Assembly (NCBI GenBank): GCA_964627755.1 | Contig: CAZVIH010000076.1 | Coordinates: 23,566-87,565 of the forward strand | Length of the DNA: 64,000 nt | Source of the DNA: an uncultured Anaerolineales bacterium | GTDB lineage: Bacteria; Chloroflexota; Anaerolineae; Anaerolineales; UBA11858 | Direction: 5' to 3' | In this document: positions 28,553 through 38,188 of the stretch, piece by piece | Position numbering within the stretch: position 1 is the first letter of the stretch | How the letters are laid out: the number at the start of each line of letters is the position of its first letter | Notes under the pieces: generated by a model | The model's input: the letters and a program-made list of their open reading frames with translations, nothing else | Told to the model about the DNA's origin: nothing | The model's database searches: none | Position numbers and translations under genes: made by a program

Positions 28553-29305
28553 ATGTTACAAATTCGTAACCTAACCAAGATCTACGAAGGGGGTGTCAAA
28601 GCCCTGGATAATGTCAGTTTTGACGTACCGAATGGTCAATTCCTGACGGTGATCGGGTTGAGTGGATCCGGCAAATCTACATTACTGCGCTGCATCAACC
28701 GCTTGATCGAACCCACAGAGGGACAGATCATCTGGAACGGTGAAGATATTACTAAAGCCTCGCCGGAAGAAATGCGCCGTATCCGCCGCAAGATCGGTAT
28801 GGTTTTCCAACATTTCAACCTTGTACACCGCTCCAAAGTACTTACAAATGTTCTGGCAGGTCGATTGGGTTATGTGAACCCTACCTGGAGTTTGTTGAAT
28901 CGTTTTCCAAAGAAGGATAGTGAAAAAGCCATTAAAAAGATGGAGCGTGTGGGGATCGCTGACAAAGCCCAGAGCCGGGCGGATGAGCTGAGCGGTGGGC
29001 AGCAGCAGCGCGTAGGTATTGCTCGCGCCTTAATGCAGGATCCCGAAATGATCCTGGCAGATGAACCGGTCGCCAGCCTTGATCCAGTTTTAGCCCACAG
29101 TATCATGAAGCACCTTGAAGATATAAATAAAAATGACGGAGTTACAGTATTATGTAGTCTGCACTTTCTTGATCTCGTCCACCGTTATGCCGATTATGTG
29201 ATTGCCTTGAATGAAGGTAAGCTGGTCTTCGAAGGTACACCCGAGCAGATCGATGATAATAAATTTAAGGATATCTACGGCCGCGATGCCGAGCGAGTAG
29301 GATAA
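28553..29305 (+). CDS. phnC: phosphonate-type ABC transporter ATP-binding protein PhnC
   Basis: LQIRNLTKIYEGGVKALDNVSFDV, Walker A GLSGSGKSTLLRCINRL, LSGGQQQRVGIARAL, ILADEPVASLD. Confidence 0.85.
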   Translation: MLQIRNLTKIYEGGVKALDNVSFDVPNGQFLTVIGLSGSGKSTLLRCINRLIEPTEGQIIWNGEDITKASPEEMRRIRRKIGMVFQHFNLVHRSKVLTNVLAGRLGYVNPTWSLLNRFPKKDSEKAIKKMERVGIADKAQSRADELSGGQQQRVGIARALMQDPEMILADEPVASLDPVLAHSIMKHLEDINKNDGVTVLCSLHFLDLVHRYADYVIALNEGKLVFEGTPEQIDDNKFKDIYGRDAERVG

Positions 29306-29311
29306 AGAGTT

Positions 29312-31156
29312 ATGAAGAATAAAAAAGAGAACAAAACCTCCTTATGGAAATCCTTGAAAATCGGGGTGATTACTTTGCTTATTATGATCATCCTGGCCTA
29401 CGGGTTCCAGATCACTCGAGTAGATTTGGAAGAGCTGAGCAGCGAACAACGTCAGGATAGTCTGATCCGAGTAACCCGAGCACTGGCTAAACCCGATTTT
29501 TTTGAATACAACAAGACAGAAGAGATCGTCAATACCCCGTTTTACCTCCCATGTCCTGAAGGTGGTTCAATACCTGAGGTTCCATCACAAGATCAATCCA
29601 ATCCTTATCTGGTTATCACCCCCGCCTGTGCCAGCAGCGGTGATACCATCACGGTCGAGGGATTTAATTTCGCTCCTAGTGCATCTGGGCCCCTGCGCTT
29701 TGTGCCTGGAAGCGACCAAGAGAATCTTGTTACCCTGGGACGTGTATCTGTAAAAACCGATCTTTCGGGCCATTTCATATCCAGTATGGATCTTCCTGAC
29801 CGCGAAAGTGATGAGGTGCAATATATACGCGTCTCACTCTCGCGCAACACGGGAGCACCTCATTTTAGCCAGTCTGCTCGGGACACATTGGAAAAGATCA
29901 TTGAGACGGTCTTCCTCGCTTTGTTGGCAACAATCTTCGGTACGATAATCGCCATCCCGATGAGTTTCTTTGCTGCCCGCAACTTGATGAAACCGGTAAA
30001 AAGCCCATTGTTGAGCATTTCTCTATCTGTCCTGGGCTGGCCTATCGGCATAGCAGTGGGTTTCATGATTATCCAAGCCCTGGGCAATTTCAGCGATTCG
30101 ATCGGTGTGAATGTATGGGTCAACCTGGCAAGTATTGTGATAGCCCTGACCATTATCTGGTTTGCCTTTCGCTGGGCTGTACCACCAGAGGAACTTGTCC
30201 CCCCATCTCTCATCATTCGCGTGGTCCGCATCGCGGTGTTATTCATAGGAGTGGTTTTTAGCTTCTATGGCTTATTCCAACTGATCAGCGTGTTGAGAAC
30301 CCTTGGAGCGAATCTTACTGATAGCCTGGGTTCGTTCGGTTTTTTGGGAAATTTCCTCTTCCAACTCAGTGATATTAGCAAACTTCTGATCCCCGTTCTC
30401 GGAGGTTTGGCAGCCGGGGGCTTTCTGGGCAGCTTCATGGGCCGCATCGGGCAACGAGGCTCAGAGAAAATTGCTGAAAGGGGATTGAAAATCATCAATT
30501 TGATTACTGCGTCCACCGCCGGAGCCACCCTGCTGGTCTTGCTTGGGCAGTTGCTTGAGTGGTTATATCAGATCGAAAATCCTTTATATACTCTTTGGGG
30601 TCCATTAGCTGTTGGCGGATTGATGGGACTCCTACTGGCAATCTTCACTAAAGCCAAGGAGCCTCTGCCCACAGGTCTGGCGATTTATTACATTACCCGC
30701 ACCTTCCTAAATGCCTTGCGTTCGGTAGAAGCTTTAATCATGGCGATTGTTTTTGTCATTGCAGTCGGCATCGGTCCCTTTGCCGGTGTGTTAGCCCTCG
30801 GCTTACATACCATTGTCAGCCTCGCTAAACTCTACTCCGAACAGGTCGAGAGCATCATGTCCGGCCCGTTGGAAGCCATCCAGGCAACAGGAGCCAACCG
30901 CCTGCAAACTATCATCTATGCTGTTGTCCCTCAGATTGTTCCGCCCTATATTTCCTATACCATGTACCGTTGGGATATCAACGTTCGCATGTCCACCATC
31001 ATCGGTTTTGTAGGCGGGGGCGGGATTGGCTTCTTGCTCCAGCAGAATATCAACCTGCTTAACTACCGCGGTGCTAGCGCTCAGATGGTGGCGATTGCCG
31101 TGGTTGTGGCGTCGATGGATTACGTCAGCTCTGTAGTCCGGGAACGTATGGTCTAA
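29312..31156 (+). CDS. phnE: PhnE-type ABC permease, expanded (614 aa) with an N-terminal extracytoplasmic domain and extra TM helices
   Basis: C-terminal EAA-loop block PLEAIQATGANRLQTIIYAVVPQIVP and MSTIIGFVGGGGIGF, typical of PhnE. The N-terminus has one TM, then about 160 aa including ITPACASSGDTITVEGFNFAPSASGPLRF. Confidence 0.8.
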   Translation: MKNKKENKTSLWKSLKIGVITLLIMIILAYGFQITRVDLEELSSEQRQDSLIRVTRALAKPDFFEYNKTEEIVNTPFYLPCPEGGSIPEVPSQDQSNPYLVITPACASSGDTITVEGFNFAPSASGPLRFVPGSDQENLVTLGRVSVKTDLSGHFISSMDLPDRESDEVQYIRVSLSRNTGAPHFSQSARDTLEKIIETVFLALLATIFGTIIAIPMSFFAARNLMKPVKSPLLSISLSVLGWPIGIAVGFMIIQALGNFSDSIGVNVWVNLASIVIALTIIWFAFRWAVPPEELVPPSLIIRVVRIAVLFIGVVFSFYGLFQLISVLRTLGANLTDSLGSFGFLGNFLFQLSDISKLLIPVLGGLAAGGFLGSFMGRIGQRGSEKIAERGLKIINLITASTAGATLLVLLGQLLEWLYQIENPLYTLWGPLAVGGLMGLLLAIFTKAKEPLPTGLAIYYITRTFLNALRSVEALIMAIVFVIAVGIGPFAGVLALGLHTIVSLAKLYSEQVESIMSGPLEAIQATGANRLQTIIYAVVPQIVPPYISYTMYRWDINVRMSTIIGFVGGGGIGFLLQQNINLLNYRGASAQMVAIAVVVASMDYVSSVVRERMV

Positions 31157-31180
31157 AGATCTTTTTACTACCCTTGAACA

Positions 31181-31215
31181 AAACATCCCGGAGGTTTGAA
31201 AACTCCGGGATGTTT
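31181..31215 (+). terminator. 13-bp hairpin between phnE and larE
   Basis: AAACATCCCGGAG...CTCCGGGATGTTT, with no strong T tract. Confidence 0.4.
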
Positions 31216-31237
31216 ACTTAATGGTAGACTAGGTGAC

Positions 31238-32047
31238 ATGAAAAAGAAGCTGGAATCTCTGCGAAAATATTTATCCAAGATGGACCACACCCTGGTGGCT
31301 TATTCAGGCGGAGTGGACAGTACCCTCTTGACCAAAATTGCCCGGGAAGTTCTGGGTGAGAAAGTTACAGCTGTTATCGTTTCTTCTCCCACACTACCAG
31401 CCCGGGAACTTGAGGAAGCCCGCGAAATAGCTGCTTTGATAGGAGTAAACCTGGTTGAGATGGCAAGTGATGAAATTGACCTCCCGGATTATGCCGCCAA
31501 TTCTGAACAACGCTGTTATGTCTGCAAAAACCACCGCTATCAAATGCTGCGGAAATACGCTGCTGAAAACGGTTTTCAAACCATCCTGGATGGCAGCAAT
31601 GCGGATGATCTGGGCGATTTTCGACCCGGCCACCGGGCAGCACTTGAACATGATATATATAGTCCTCTTCAGGAAGTGGGTTTAACAAAATCAGATATCC
31701 GCAGCCTGGCAGAAGAAATGGACCTACCCAACTGGGATAAACCATCCTCCGCCTGCCTGGCATCCCGGATCCCTTATGGCACAAAAATCACACCCGAAGA
31801 CTTATTAAAAATTGAAAAAGCTGAGGATTTCCTTCTTCAGCTTGGTTTCCGACAACTGCGCGTCCGCCACCACGGTGATATAGCGCGCATAGAAATACAA
31901 CCAGAGATGTTTGATATACTGCTAAATAACAGGAAACTGATCACACAGAAACTGAAAGAGATGGGTTATTCTTATATTGCCCTTGATATTCTAGGGTTTA
32001 GGTCTGGCAGCTTAAATGAAGGAATAAGGAATAATGGATCAAATTAA
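31238..32047 (+). CDS. larE: LarE, ATP-dependent sacrificial sulfur transferase (PP-loop) for the nickel-pincer nucleotide cofactor
   Basis: PP-loop VAYSGGVDSTLL and the conserved cysteine block PSSACLASRIPYG. ATG at 31238 preferred over the TTG at 31196. Confidence 0.85.
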   Translation: MKKKLESLRKYLSKMDHTLVAYSGGVDSTLLTKIAREVLGEKVTAVIVSSPTLPARELEEAREIAALIGVNLVEMASDEIDLPDYAANSEQRCYVCKNHRYQMLRKYAAENGFQTILDGSNADDLGDFRPGHRAALEHDIYSPLQEVGLTKSDIRSLAEEMDLPNWDKPSSACLASRIPYGTKITPEDLLKIEKAEDFLLQLGFRQLRVRHHGDIARIEIQPEMFDILLNNRKLITQKLKEMGYSYIALDILGFRSGSLNEGIRNNGSN

Positions 32048-32798
32048 ACTGGAAGAAGTATTATCCTCTGTCAAAAAAGGGGAATTATCTGTTAACGAAG
32101 CTCTGAAACGTCTCAAATCATTACCTTTTGAAAACCTTGGGTTCGCCCGGCTGGATCTTCATCGTGATCTCCGGCAGGGTCTTCCCGAGGTGGTCTTCTG
32201 CCAGAATAAAACCCCGGAGCAGATCATTACGATCATGGAAAGACTCTGGGAACACCATGACCATGTCCTGGGGACCAGGCTTTCTCCCGAGGCCGCCAGT
32301 AATGTTCAAAAAGGATTGCCTCAAGCCCTCTATGATCCTATTTCTAGATTACTGCGTCTCTCGCGAGGAGAACGCCCACTTCCCGAGGATGATGCCCCTT
32401 TTGGAATGGTAATCTCTGGAGGCACCTCTGACCAGCCAGTGGCCGAAGAAGCTGCAATGACCCTGGAATTCCTGGGCAGCCGGGTGATCCGGGCCTACGA
32501 TATTGGTGTATCAGGAGTGCACCGCCTTCTTGACCAGCACGCGCTGCTTACCGAAGCAGACGTGATCATCAGTGTTGCCGGAATGGAAGGAGCTCTCACC
32601 AGTGTTGTGGGCGGCCTGGTCTCCTGCCCGGTTGTTGGTGTACCGACATCAGTCGGGTATGGCGCTAATTTCCAGGGGGTCGCTGCCCTGCTGGCCATGT
32701 TAAACGCCTGCGCTCCGGGTATCGCTGTCGTGAATATTGATAATGGGTTTGGTGCGGCAGTATACGCACATTCGATTTTGAGGAGAATTAACAAATGA
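32034..32798 (+). CDS. larB: LarB, pyridinium-3,5-biscarboxylic acid mononucleotide synthase (AIR-carboxylase-like)
   Basis: ARLDLHRDLRQGLPEVVFCQNK, GGTSDQPVAEEA, VAGMEGALTSVVGGL. Overlaps larE by 14 nt. Confidence 0.85.
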   Translation: MDQIKLEEVLSSVKKGELSVNEALKRLKSLPFENLGFARLDLHRDLRQGLPEVVFCQNKTPEQIITIMERLWEHHDHVLGTRLSPEAASNVQKGLPQALYDPISRLLRLSRGERPLPEDDAPFGMVISGGTSDQPVAEEAAMTLEFLGSRVIRAYDIGVSGVHRLLDQHALLTEADVIISVAGMEGALTSVVGGLVSCPVVGVPTSVGYGANFQGVAALLAMLNACAPGIAVVNIDNGFGAAVYAHSILRRINK

Positions 32799-33970
32799 AA
32801 GTCCTTTACTTTGACCTGATCGGCGGAGCGAGCGGTGATATGATCCTGGCTGCACTGATTGACGCTGGTGTTCCAGCTGATAAATTGGCTGAGATGCTGA
32901 CTGGTTTGAAGTTAGACGAATTCGAACTTAAGTCTGCCTCAATAAATAAAAATGGTTTTCAAGCTACTAAAGTAGATATCCAGGTAGGCAAACAACCCCC
33001 AGAAAGACATTTGAAAGAAATCCTTGATGTGATCCAAAATAGTTCTCTTCCTGGACCGATCCGCGACAGGGCAACCAAGATCTTTCAAAAGATCGCGGCT
33101 GTAGAAGCGGGCATTCATAACAAACCGGTTGATCAAATCCACCTCCATGAACTGGGCAGCACTGACACCATAGTTGATGTGACCGGAGCGCTGCTGGCCC
33201 TCGACTATCTAGGTGTGTCTCACATATATGCTTCTCCCATTCCCCTGGGCAGCGGTTTTATCGATGGTGCACATGGTCAGATCCCCCTGCCGGCCCCAGC
33301 TACTATTGCATTATTAAAGGGTTTGCCGGTAAGGAAAACTGAAATTAAAGCTGAACTCATTACACCAACTGGAGCTGCCTTGCTGGCTGAGCTTGTGGAT
33401 GATTTTTCCCCACCCCCGGAGATGACGATTGACAAAATAGGATATGGGGCTGGAACCCGTGATTTGCCAATACCAAACCTGCTCCGGGTGATGATTGGAG
33501 AAATAGCGGAAAAAAGAAATCAGACCCTAGAAAAATTAATCCTGTTGGAAAGTAATCTGGACGATATGAACCCGGAGATTTATCCTTATGTTATGAATTT
33601 ATTATTTAATGCAGGAGCACTGGATGTCTGCCTGCTTCCAGTTCAGATGAAAAAGAACCGTCCTGGTACTCAGATCCAGGTCCTGGTAAATATTCAAAAC
33701 GTACAAGATATGAAGGATATTCTTTTTCAGGAGACTAGCACGCTGGGTATCAGGCAAACGTTAGTTGACAGATATTCACTTCCCAGGATTATCCAAGAAG
33801 TATCAACTACTTATGGAGTGGTCAGAATTAAGGTTGCTGGGGAAGGGACCAATTATCAAAAAGTATCTCCCGAGTTTGAAGATTGTCAAAAATTAGCCCG
33901 GGAGAATCATATACCCATCCAAAAGGTCTATCAGGAAGCGATCAAAGCCTATTACGAAGGGAATAACTGA
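32795..33970 (+). CDS. larC: LarC, nickel insertion protein (single unfused ORF)
   Basis: MKVLYFDLIGGASGDM, HLHELGSTDTIVDVTG, MKKNRPGTQIQVL. Overlaps larB by 4 nt. Confidence 0.85.
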   Translation: MKVLYFDLIGGASGDMILAALIDAGVPADKLAEMLTGLKLDEFELKSASINKNGFQATKVDIQVGKQPPERHLKEILDVIQNSSLPGPIRDRATKIFQKIAAVEAGIHNKPVDQIHLHELGSTDTIVDVTGALLALDYLGVSHIYASPIPLGSGFIDGAHGQIPLPAPATIALLKGLPVRKTEIKAELITPTGAALLAELVDDFSPPPEMTIDKIGYGAGTRDLPIPNLLRVMIGEIAEKRNQTLEKLILLESNLDDMNPEIYPYVMNLLFNAGALDVCLLPVQMKKNRPGTQIQVLVNIQNVQDMKDILFQETSTLGIRQTLVDRYSLPRIIQEVSTTYGVVRIKVAGEGTNYQKVSPEFEDCQKLARENHIPIQKVYQEAIKAYYEGNN

Positions 33971-34081
33971 TCCCTTTTTACTCAATTTTTGCTGATCTCA
34001 CGCCAGAAATTCCCAATTCCCTGCATGTTAAGATTGGATTAGATAGCCTGTTGAAAAAACTTCTCATGGTACAATTCGCAC

Positions 34082-34723
34082 GTGTTTAAGAAAAGAAGAA
34101 AAATGATCCTCTATCTGCTGCTGTTGATAATTATCGTACTGATCGGCGCCCCGCGCGTCATTATGGTGCAGCAAGCAGGAAAACAAATCTATTCAGCAGA
34201 AGATGTACCCCCTGCCCGGGCAGCTGTTGTGTTTGGCGCAGGTTTAACTTCTTCTGGCGGACCTACAACAGTATTAAAGGACCGGGTGGAAACAGCAGTT
34301 ATCCTATACCAATCCGGGAAGGTCGAAAAAGTCCTTATGAGCGGAGATAACCGCTTCATTAATTACAATGAACCGGGCGCAATGAAAGCCTATGCCCTGG
34401 AACTTGGTATGCCGGAAGAAGATATCGTGCTGGATTACGCCGGCCGCAGGACCTATGATACCTGCTATCGGGCCAGGGATATCTTCCAGCTGGATAATAT
34501 TATCCTGGTCACCCAGAATTTCCATTTATCCCGGGCTTTATATACCTGCAAAACCCTCGGGGTGAAATCTGTAGGAGTCTCAGCGGATCTGCGGCCTTAC
34601 CGCGAAGAAGGGTATTGGAATGTTCGTGAGATTCCTGCTTGTATGATGGCCTTTATCCAGGTCCATATCACAAAACCCGAACCTGTTTTGGGCGATCAGG
34701 AACCTATCTTCCCTTTGGAATGA
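34082..34723 (+). CDS. SanA/YdcF (DUF218) family envelope protein
   Basis: N-terminal TM, AAVVFGAGL, VLMSGDNRFINYNEP, DYAGRRTYDTCYRA, QNFHLSRALYTC. Confidence 0.7.
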   Translation: MFKKRRKMILYLLLLIIIVLIGAPRVIMVQQAGKQIYSAEDVPPARAAVVFGAGLTSSGGPTTVLKDRVETAVILYQSGKVEKVLMSGDNRFINYNEPGAMKAYALELGMPEEDIVLDYAGRRTYDTCYRARDIFQLDNIILVTQNFHLSRALYTCKTLGVKSVGVSADLRPYREEGYWNVREIPACMMAFIQVHITKPEPVLGDQEPIFPLE

Positions 34724-34783
34724 ATCCTGCACTGTTAAATCAAATAGAAAACCTATATCAGCTAAAAAGCTGAGGAGTTTGTT

Positions 34784-35656
34784 ATGAAAGTGTCCCTACG
34801 AAGTATTTTTGTGCTTGTTCTGCTGGCGATTCCTCTCACTGGATGTGGAATCAACATTGAACTACCTTTTAAAACAGAACAAAAAACCGGTCCCTCGGTA
34901 ACCGATAATATCCAGGTACCTATCCCAGACGCGCCAATACCATTGGACGTCAATTTGTCATTCGGCGCCGGAAAAATGACCTTGCTTCCCAATCCCGGAG
35001 AGAATCTGCTCTCAGGCACTGCAACCTATAATGTGTCTGATTTTAAACCGGAAGTGACAGTCGATGAAAATGGAGTGACATTAAAACAGGGTAACCTGAA
35101 GTTCAATGCCGTGCCCACAATCAATGAGACCATCAAAAATGAATGGAGCATCGCCATAAAGAACCACCCTATCGAATTAAGTATCAAAGCAGGTGGTTAC
35201 AGCGGTGATTTTGAATTCGGTGGTCTGGCTATTAGCGATTTGCACATCGCAGATGGGGCAGCAAATGTAAAGCTAAAGTTTTCTACACCCAACACCACCC
35301 CTATGAACGCGTTCCGATATGAGACAGGAGCCTCTAACATCACTATGGATAAATTGGCCAACGCCAATTTCCAGACCATGATCTTTCAAAGCGGTGCCGG
35401 GAATTACAACCTGGACTTTTCAGGTTTATTGCAGCGGGACGCATCCATCTTTATTGAAACTGGACTAAGCCGACTGGTGATCGGTGTTCCAGATGGTGTA
35501 CCCGCCCGGGTGAATTTTGAAGGTCCTTTTTCCAAAGTGAACATTTCAGGTAATTGGGAGCAAGTAGGGAATGAATACTACCTGGAAGGCCAGGGTCCCC
35601 AGCTTTCCTTTACCATTGATACCAAAGCCGGAACAGTCACACTGCAAAATCCATAA
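34784..35656 (+). CDS. lipoprotein with a repetitive beta-strand (toast-rack / LiaF-C-like) domain
   Basis: Lipobox LLAIPLTGC|G. Repeated short beta-strand units (GGYSGDFEFGG..ISDLHIADGAANVKLKF..NITMDK..AGNYNLDFSG). Confidence 0.5.
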   Translation: MKVSLRSIFVLVLLAIPLTGCGINIELPFKTEQKTGPSVTDNIQVPIPDAPIPLDVNLSFGAGKMTLLPNPGENLLSGTATYNVSDFKPEVTVDENGVTLKQGNLKFNAVPTINETIKNEWSIAIKNHPIELSIKAGGYSGDFEFGGLAISDLHIADGAANVKLKFSTPNTTPMNAFRYETGASNITMDKLANANFQTMIFQSGAGNYNLDFSGLLQRDASIFIETGLSRLVIGVPDGVPARVNFEGPFSKVNISGNWEQVGNEYYLEGQGPQLSFTIDTKAGTVTLQNP

Positions 35657-35699
35657 ACTCCAGGGAGTTTTCTGGCTGAAGCAGGACTCACCCTCTCTA

Positions 35700-35728
35700 T
35701 TGACAGGGTGAAAGCCCTCGTGTAAACT
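35700..35728 (+). promoter_or_regulatory. candidate sigma70 promoter for the recombinase-like gene
   Basis: TTGACA (35700-35705), a 17-bp spacer, then TAAACT (35723-35728). Confidence 0.4.
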
Positions 35729-35760
35729 TATGGTATTGGCTATACGAAAGGATTACGGAG

Positions 35761-36693
35761 ATGATCAACGAAGGCGTTTTCCAAATCAATCCCAGGATCA
35801 CTCTCGCTCCCGCCCTCCAGGCCTGGGAGATCTATCTGAATGATCAGGGCAGTTCACCCCATACTATCACTGCCTTCCTGGGTGATTTACGGCTCTTTGC
35901 CTCCTACCTGCCCCCTGATCGCCAGGTCGGTGAGATCAGTCTGGCAGATCTGAATAACTTTCTGCGCTGGATGGAACACGAGCGTGATGTACCCTGCAGT
36001 CCAAAAACACTCGCACGAAGGATCACTTCCCTTAAATCCTTCTTTCGCTGGCTGCATGAAGGTGGAGTGATTCCCTCCAACCCGGCAGAACAAGTAGTTC
36101 AAAAATCTGTCCGCAGTCCCATTCCAGAGATTTTATCCCCTGAAGAGACGGAAAACATCCTCAATACCGCCCTGGCGTACCGTCAAAAACCAGATCCGGA
36201 TCTGCGTTCCTACTTGTTATTTAAACTCATTCTGGAAACCGGTATTAAAAAAGGTGAATGTCTATCATTAAGTCCCAATCACATCCAGCTTGACCCTCCG
36301 GAAGATCCTTTGGTTTTCATCCGTTACGCAAGCCCCCAGAATCGATATAAAGAAAGAAAATTAAAACTCAGCCAGGATTGGATTGCAGCTTATCAGGAAT
36401 ATCGTCTCCACCACAACCTGGATGATCGTCTTTTTCCCTGGTCTGCCCGCATGCTGGAATATATTCTGGAAGATCTCGGTAAGGATGCAGGCATCACAAA
36501 ACGGGTCTCGTTCTCCATGTGCCGCTGGACCTGTGCAGTTCAGGACTGGCGATCAGGAATGGATCCAAATAAGATCAGACAGAAACTGGGAATATCTGAA
36601 GTGCAATGGCGCGAGATCAGCCGCAAACTTCAGATCCTGAGCAAAAATGAGTCCTCAGAAGAGAATCTTGAGGAAATAGAAACTGTAATCTGA
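35761..36693 (+). CDS. XerC/XerD-like tyrosine-recombinase-fold protein with a degenerate catalytic set
   Basis: SAM-like N-domain (AWEIYLNDQGSSPHTITAFLGDLRLFASYL...TLARRITSLKSFFRWL). The C-domain aligns to Xer proteins, but TGIKKGE replaces TGLRxSE, SFSMCRWTCA replaces HxLRHxFA, and LGISEVQWREIS replaces LGHxxxxxTxxYxH. Confidence 0.7.
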   Translation: MINEGVFQINPRITLAPALQAWEIYLNDQGSSPHTITAFLGDLRLFASYLPPDRQVGEISLADLNNFLRWMEHERDVPCSPKTLARRITSLKSFFRWLHEGGVIPSNPAEQVVQKSVRSPIPEILSPEETENILNTALAYRQKPDPDLRSYLLFKLILETGIKKGECLSLSPNHIQLDPPEDPLVFIRYASPQNRYKERKLKLSQDWIAAYQEYRLHHNLDDRLFPWSARMLEYILEDLGKDAGITKRVSFSMCRWTCAVQDWRSGMDPNKIRQKLGISEVQWREISRKLQILSKNESSEENLEEIETVI

Positions 36694-36708
36694 TATTTTT
36701 TCGTTTTA

Positions 36709-38124
36709 TTATTTCCGGCGGATGAACTTCAGTTCCAACAAAGAATCACTTTCCCTGGTGATACTCGCTTCTTGACTTAACCTTCCCCCTGGAACCCAAA
36801 GAACCATGTCATTTCTACTGATCAAGGGCCAGTCTTCCCGATAGGAGGCCGGGATCTTCTCATTGATCATCATATCCGACACTTTCATTGAACTGCCCCC
36901 CATACCAAGGGGCTTGATCATGTCTCCATCCTTGCGGGTTCTAAGTACAGCTTTCCCTGTTATTGCGGATCGATCCATCCAGACCAGGAAATCTTCACCC
37001 GGGATTTCAGTTCGATCGAACTGATCCGGGGAATATTCTACGGGAGATATGATCAGGAACCAATCATTTCCCAGGGAGATCTCTCCCTGATCCGGAATCT
37101 GGTAATGATCATGACCCAAGAGCTGGGGAAACTGATTTTTAACCACATCTGTTTCCCAGGTTGATAACACCACCATTTTGGGGGATTGAGAAAGATTAAC
37201 CTTGGCTACCCAATTAGTGGATTTACGGGTTGGATTCCTAACAAAATCCAGGGCAGCCTCAACCTGTAAGAAACTCAATTCGAGGTAATCCGGACGGAGG
37301 GTTCTTAAAGCCTTGCGGATCAAACGTCTTTGAACAGCCACCGGATAATCCAGCAGCCCATTACGGGAAAGCTGTATATAACTGGCACCCTGACTGTGTC
37401 GACAATTTTTCCAGGCGATATCACAAAAATACTCTAACGCCTGATCTTCTGCAGACAGTATCTGGGCCGTCTGCAGCAGACGTTGATGGAATCCAGGAGT
37501 AAGTTTCTCCAGGAGTGGGACCAACGTATGGCGGATCTTATTGCGAAAATAGATCTCGTCCTTATTAGACAGGTCTTCGATTACTGGGAGTTGATTTTCA
37601 AGCTGATAGGCAACCAGTTCACTTTTTGAAACCTCCAGAAGAGGTCGAACAAGCGGAATAGTATCATGCCAGGGATTAGGGATGGATACAACCTGCATCC
37701 CGGATAAACCCTTGGTGCCTGCGCCTCTGAGCAGGTTCATCAGTATTGTTTCTACCTGATCATCCGCGTGATGGGCAACTGCCACAGCTCCAGCCATTTC
37801 AATAATTGCCACTTCGAATAAAAATTGGTAGCGCAGAATACGAGCTGCTTCCTCGATGGAATATCCTCCTTCACCTGCGAATTGGCGCACATTCCCAGAC
37901 CCAGACCGAAATGGAAGGCCAACTTCCAAACAATAAGTTTGGATTAATTGTGCTTCCTGGTCAGCTTCATCTCGAAGTTTATGATTGAAGTGAGCAGCTA
38001 TGGGTGTATAACCTTTTGTCTGCATGGCATGCAGAAGGACCATACTATCTAATCCACCGGAGATTCCAACAACAATTGGCGGTTCGATAAGTGGAAGCAC
38101 TTGCTCGAGGGATTTGAATACCAT
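36709..38124 (-). CDS. tilS: tRNA(Ile)-lysidine synthetase TilS
   Basis: PP-loop VVGISGGLDSMVLLH, AAHFNHKLR, AHHADDQVETILMNLLRG, and a C-terminal TilS substrate-binding domain. Start set at the ATG 38124, because the upstream 81 codons of the track ORF overlap the divergent gene. Confidence 0.85.
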   Translation of the reverse strand: MVFKSLEQVLPLIEPPIVVGISGGLDSMVLLHAMQTKGYTPIAAHFNHKLRDEADQEAQLIQTYCLEVGLPFRSGSGNVRQFAGEGGYSIEEAARILRYQFLFEVAIIEMAGAVAVAHHADDQVETILMNLLRGAGTKGLSGMQVVSIPNPWHDTIPLVRPLLEVSKSELVAYQLENQLPVIEDLSNKDEIYFRNKIRHTLVPLLEKLTPGFHQRLLQTAQILSAEDQALEYFCDIAWKNCRHSQGASYIQLSRNGLLDYPVAVQRRLIRKALRTLRPDYLELSFLQVEAALDFVRNPTRKSTNWVAKVNLSQSPKMVVLSTWETDVVKNQFPQLLGHDHYQIPDQGEISLGNDWFLIISPVEYSPDQFDRTEIPGEDFLVWMDRSAITGKAVLRTRKDGDMIKPLGMGGSSMKVSDMMINEKIPASYREDWPLISRNDMVLWVPGGRLSQEASITRESDSLLELKFIRRK

Positions 38125-38188
38125 TTTCACATTATAATCTATGGTATAAATTATTAACAGGTTTTGATCGTTAACCCTGAGGTGCATC

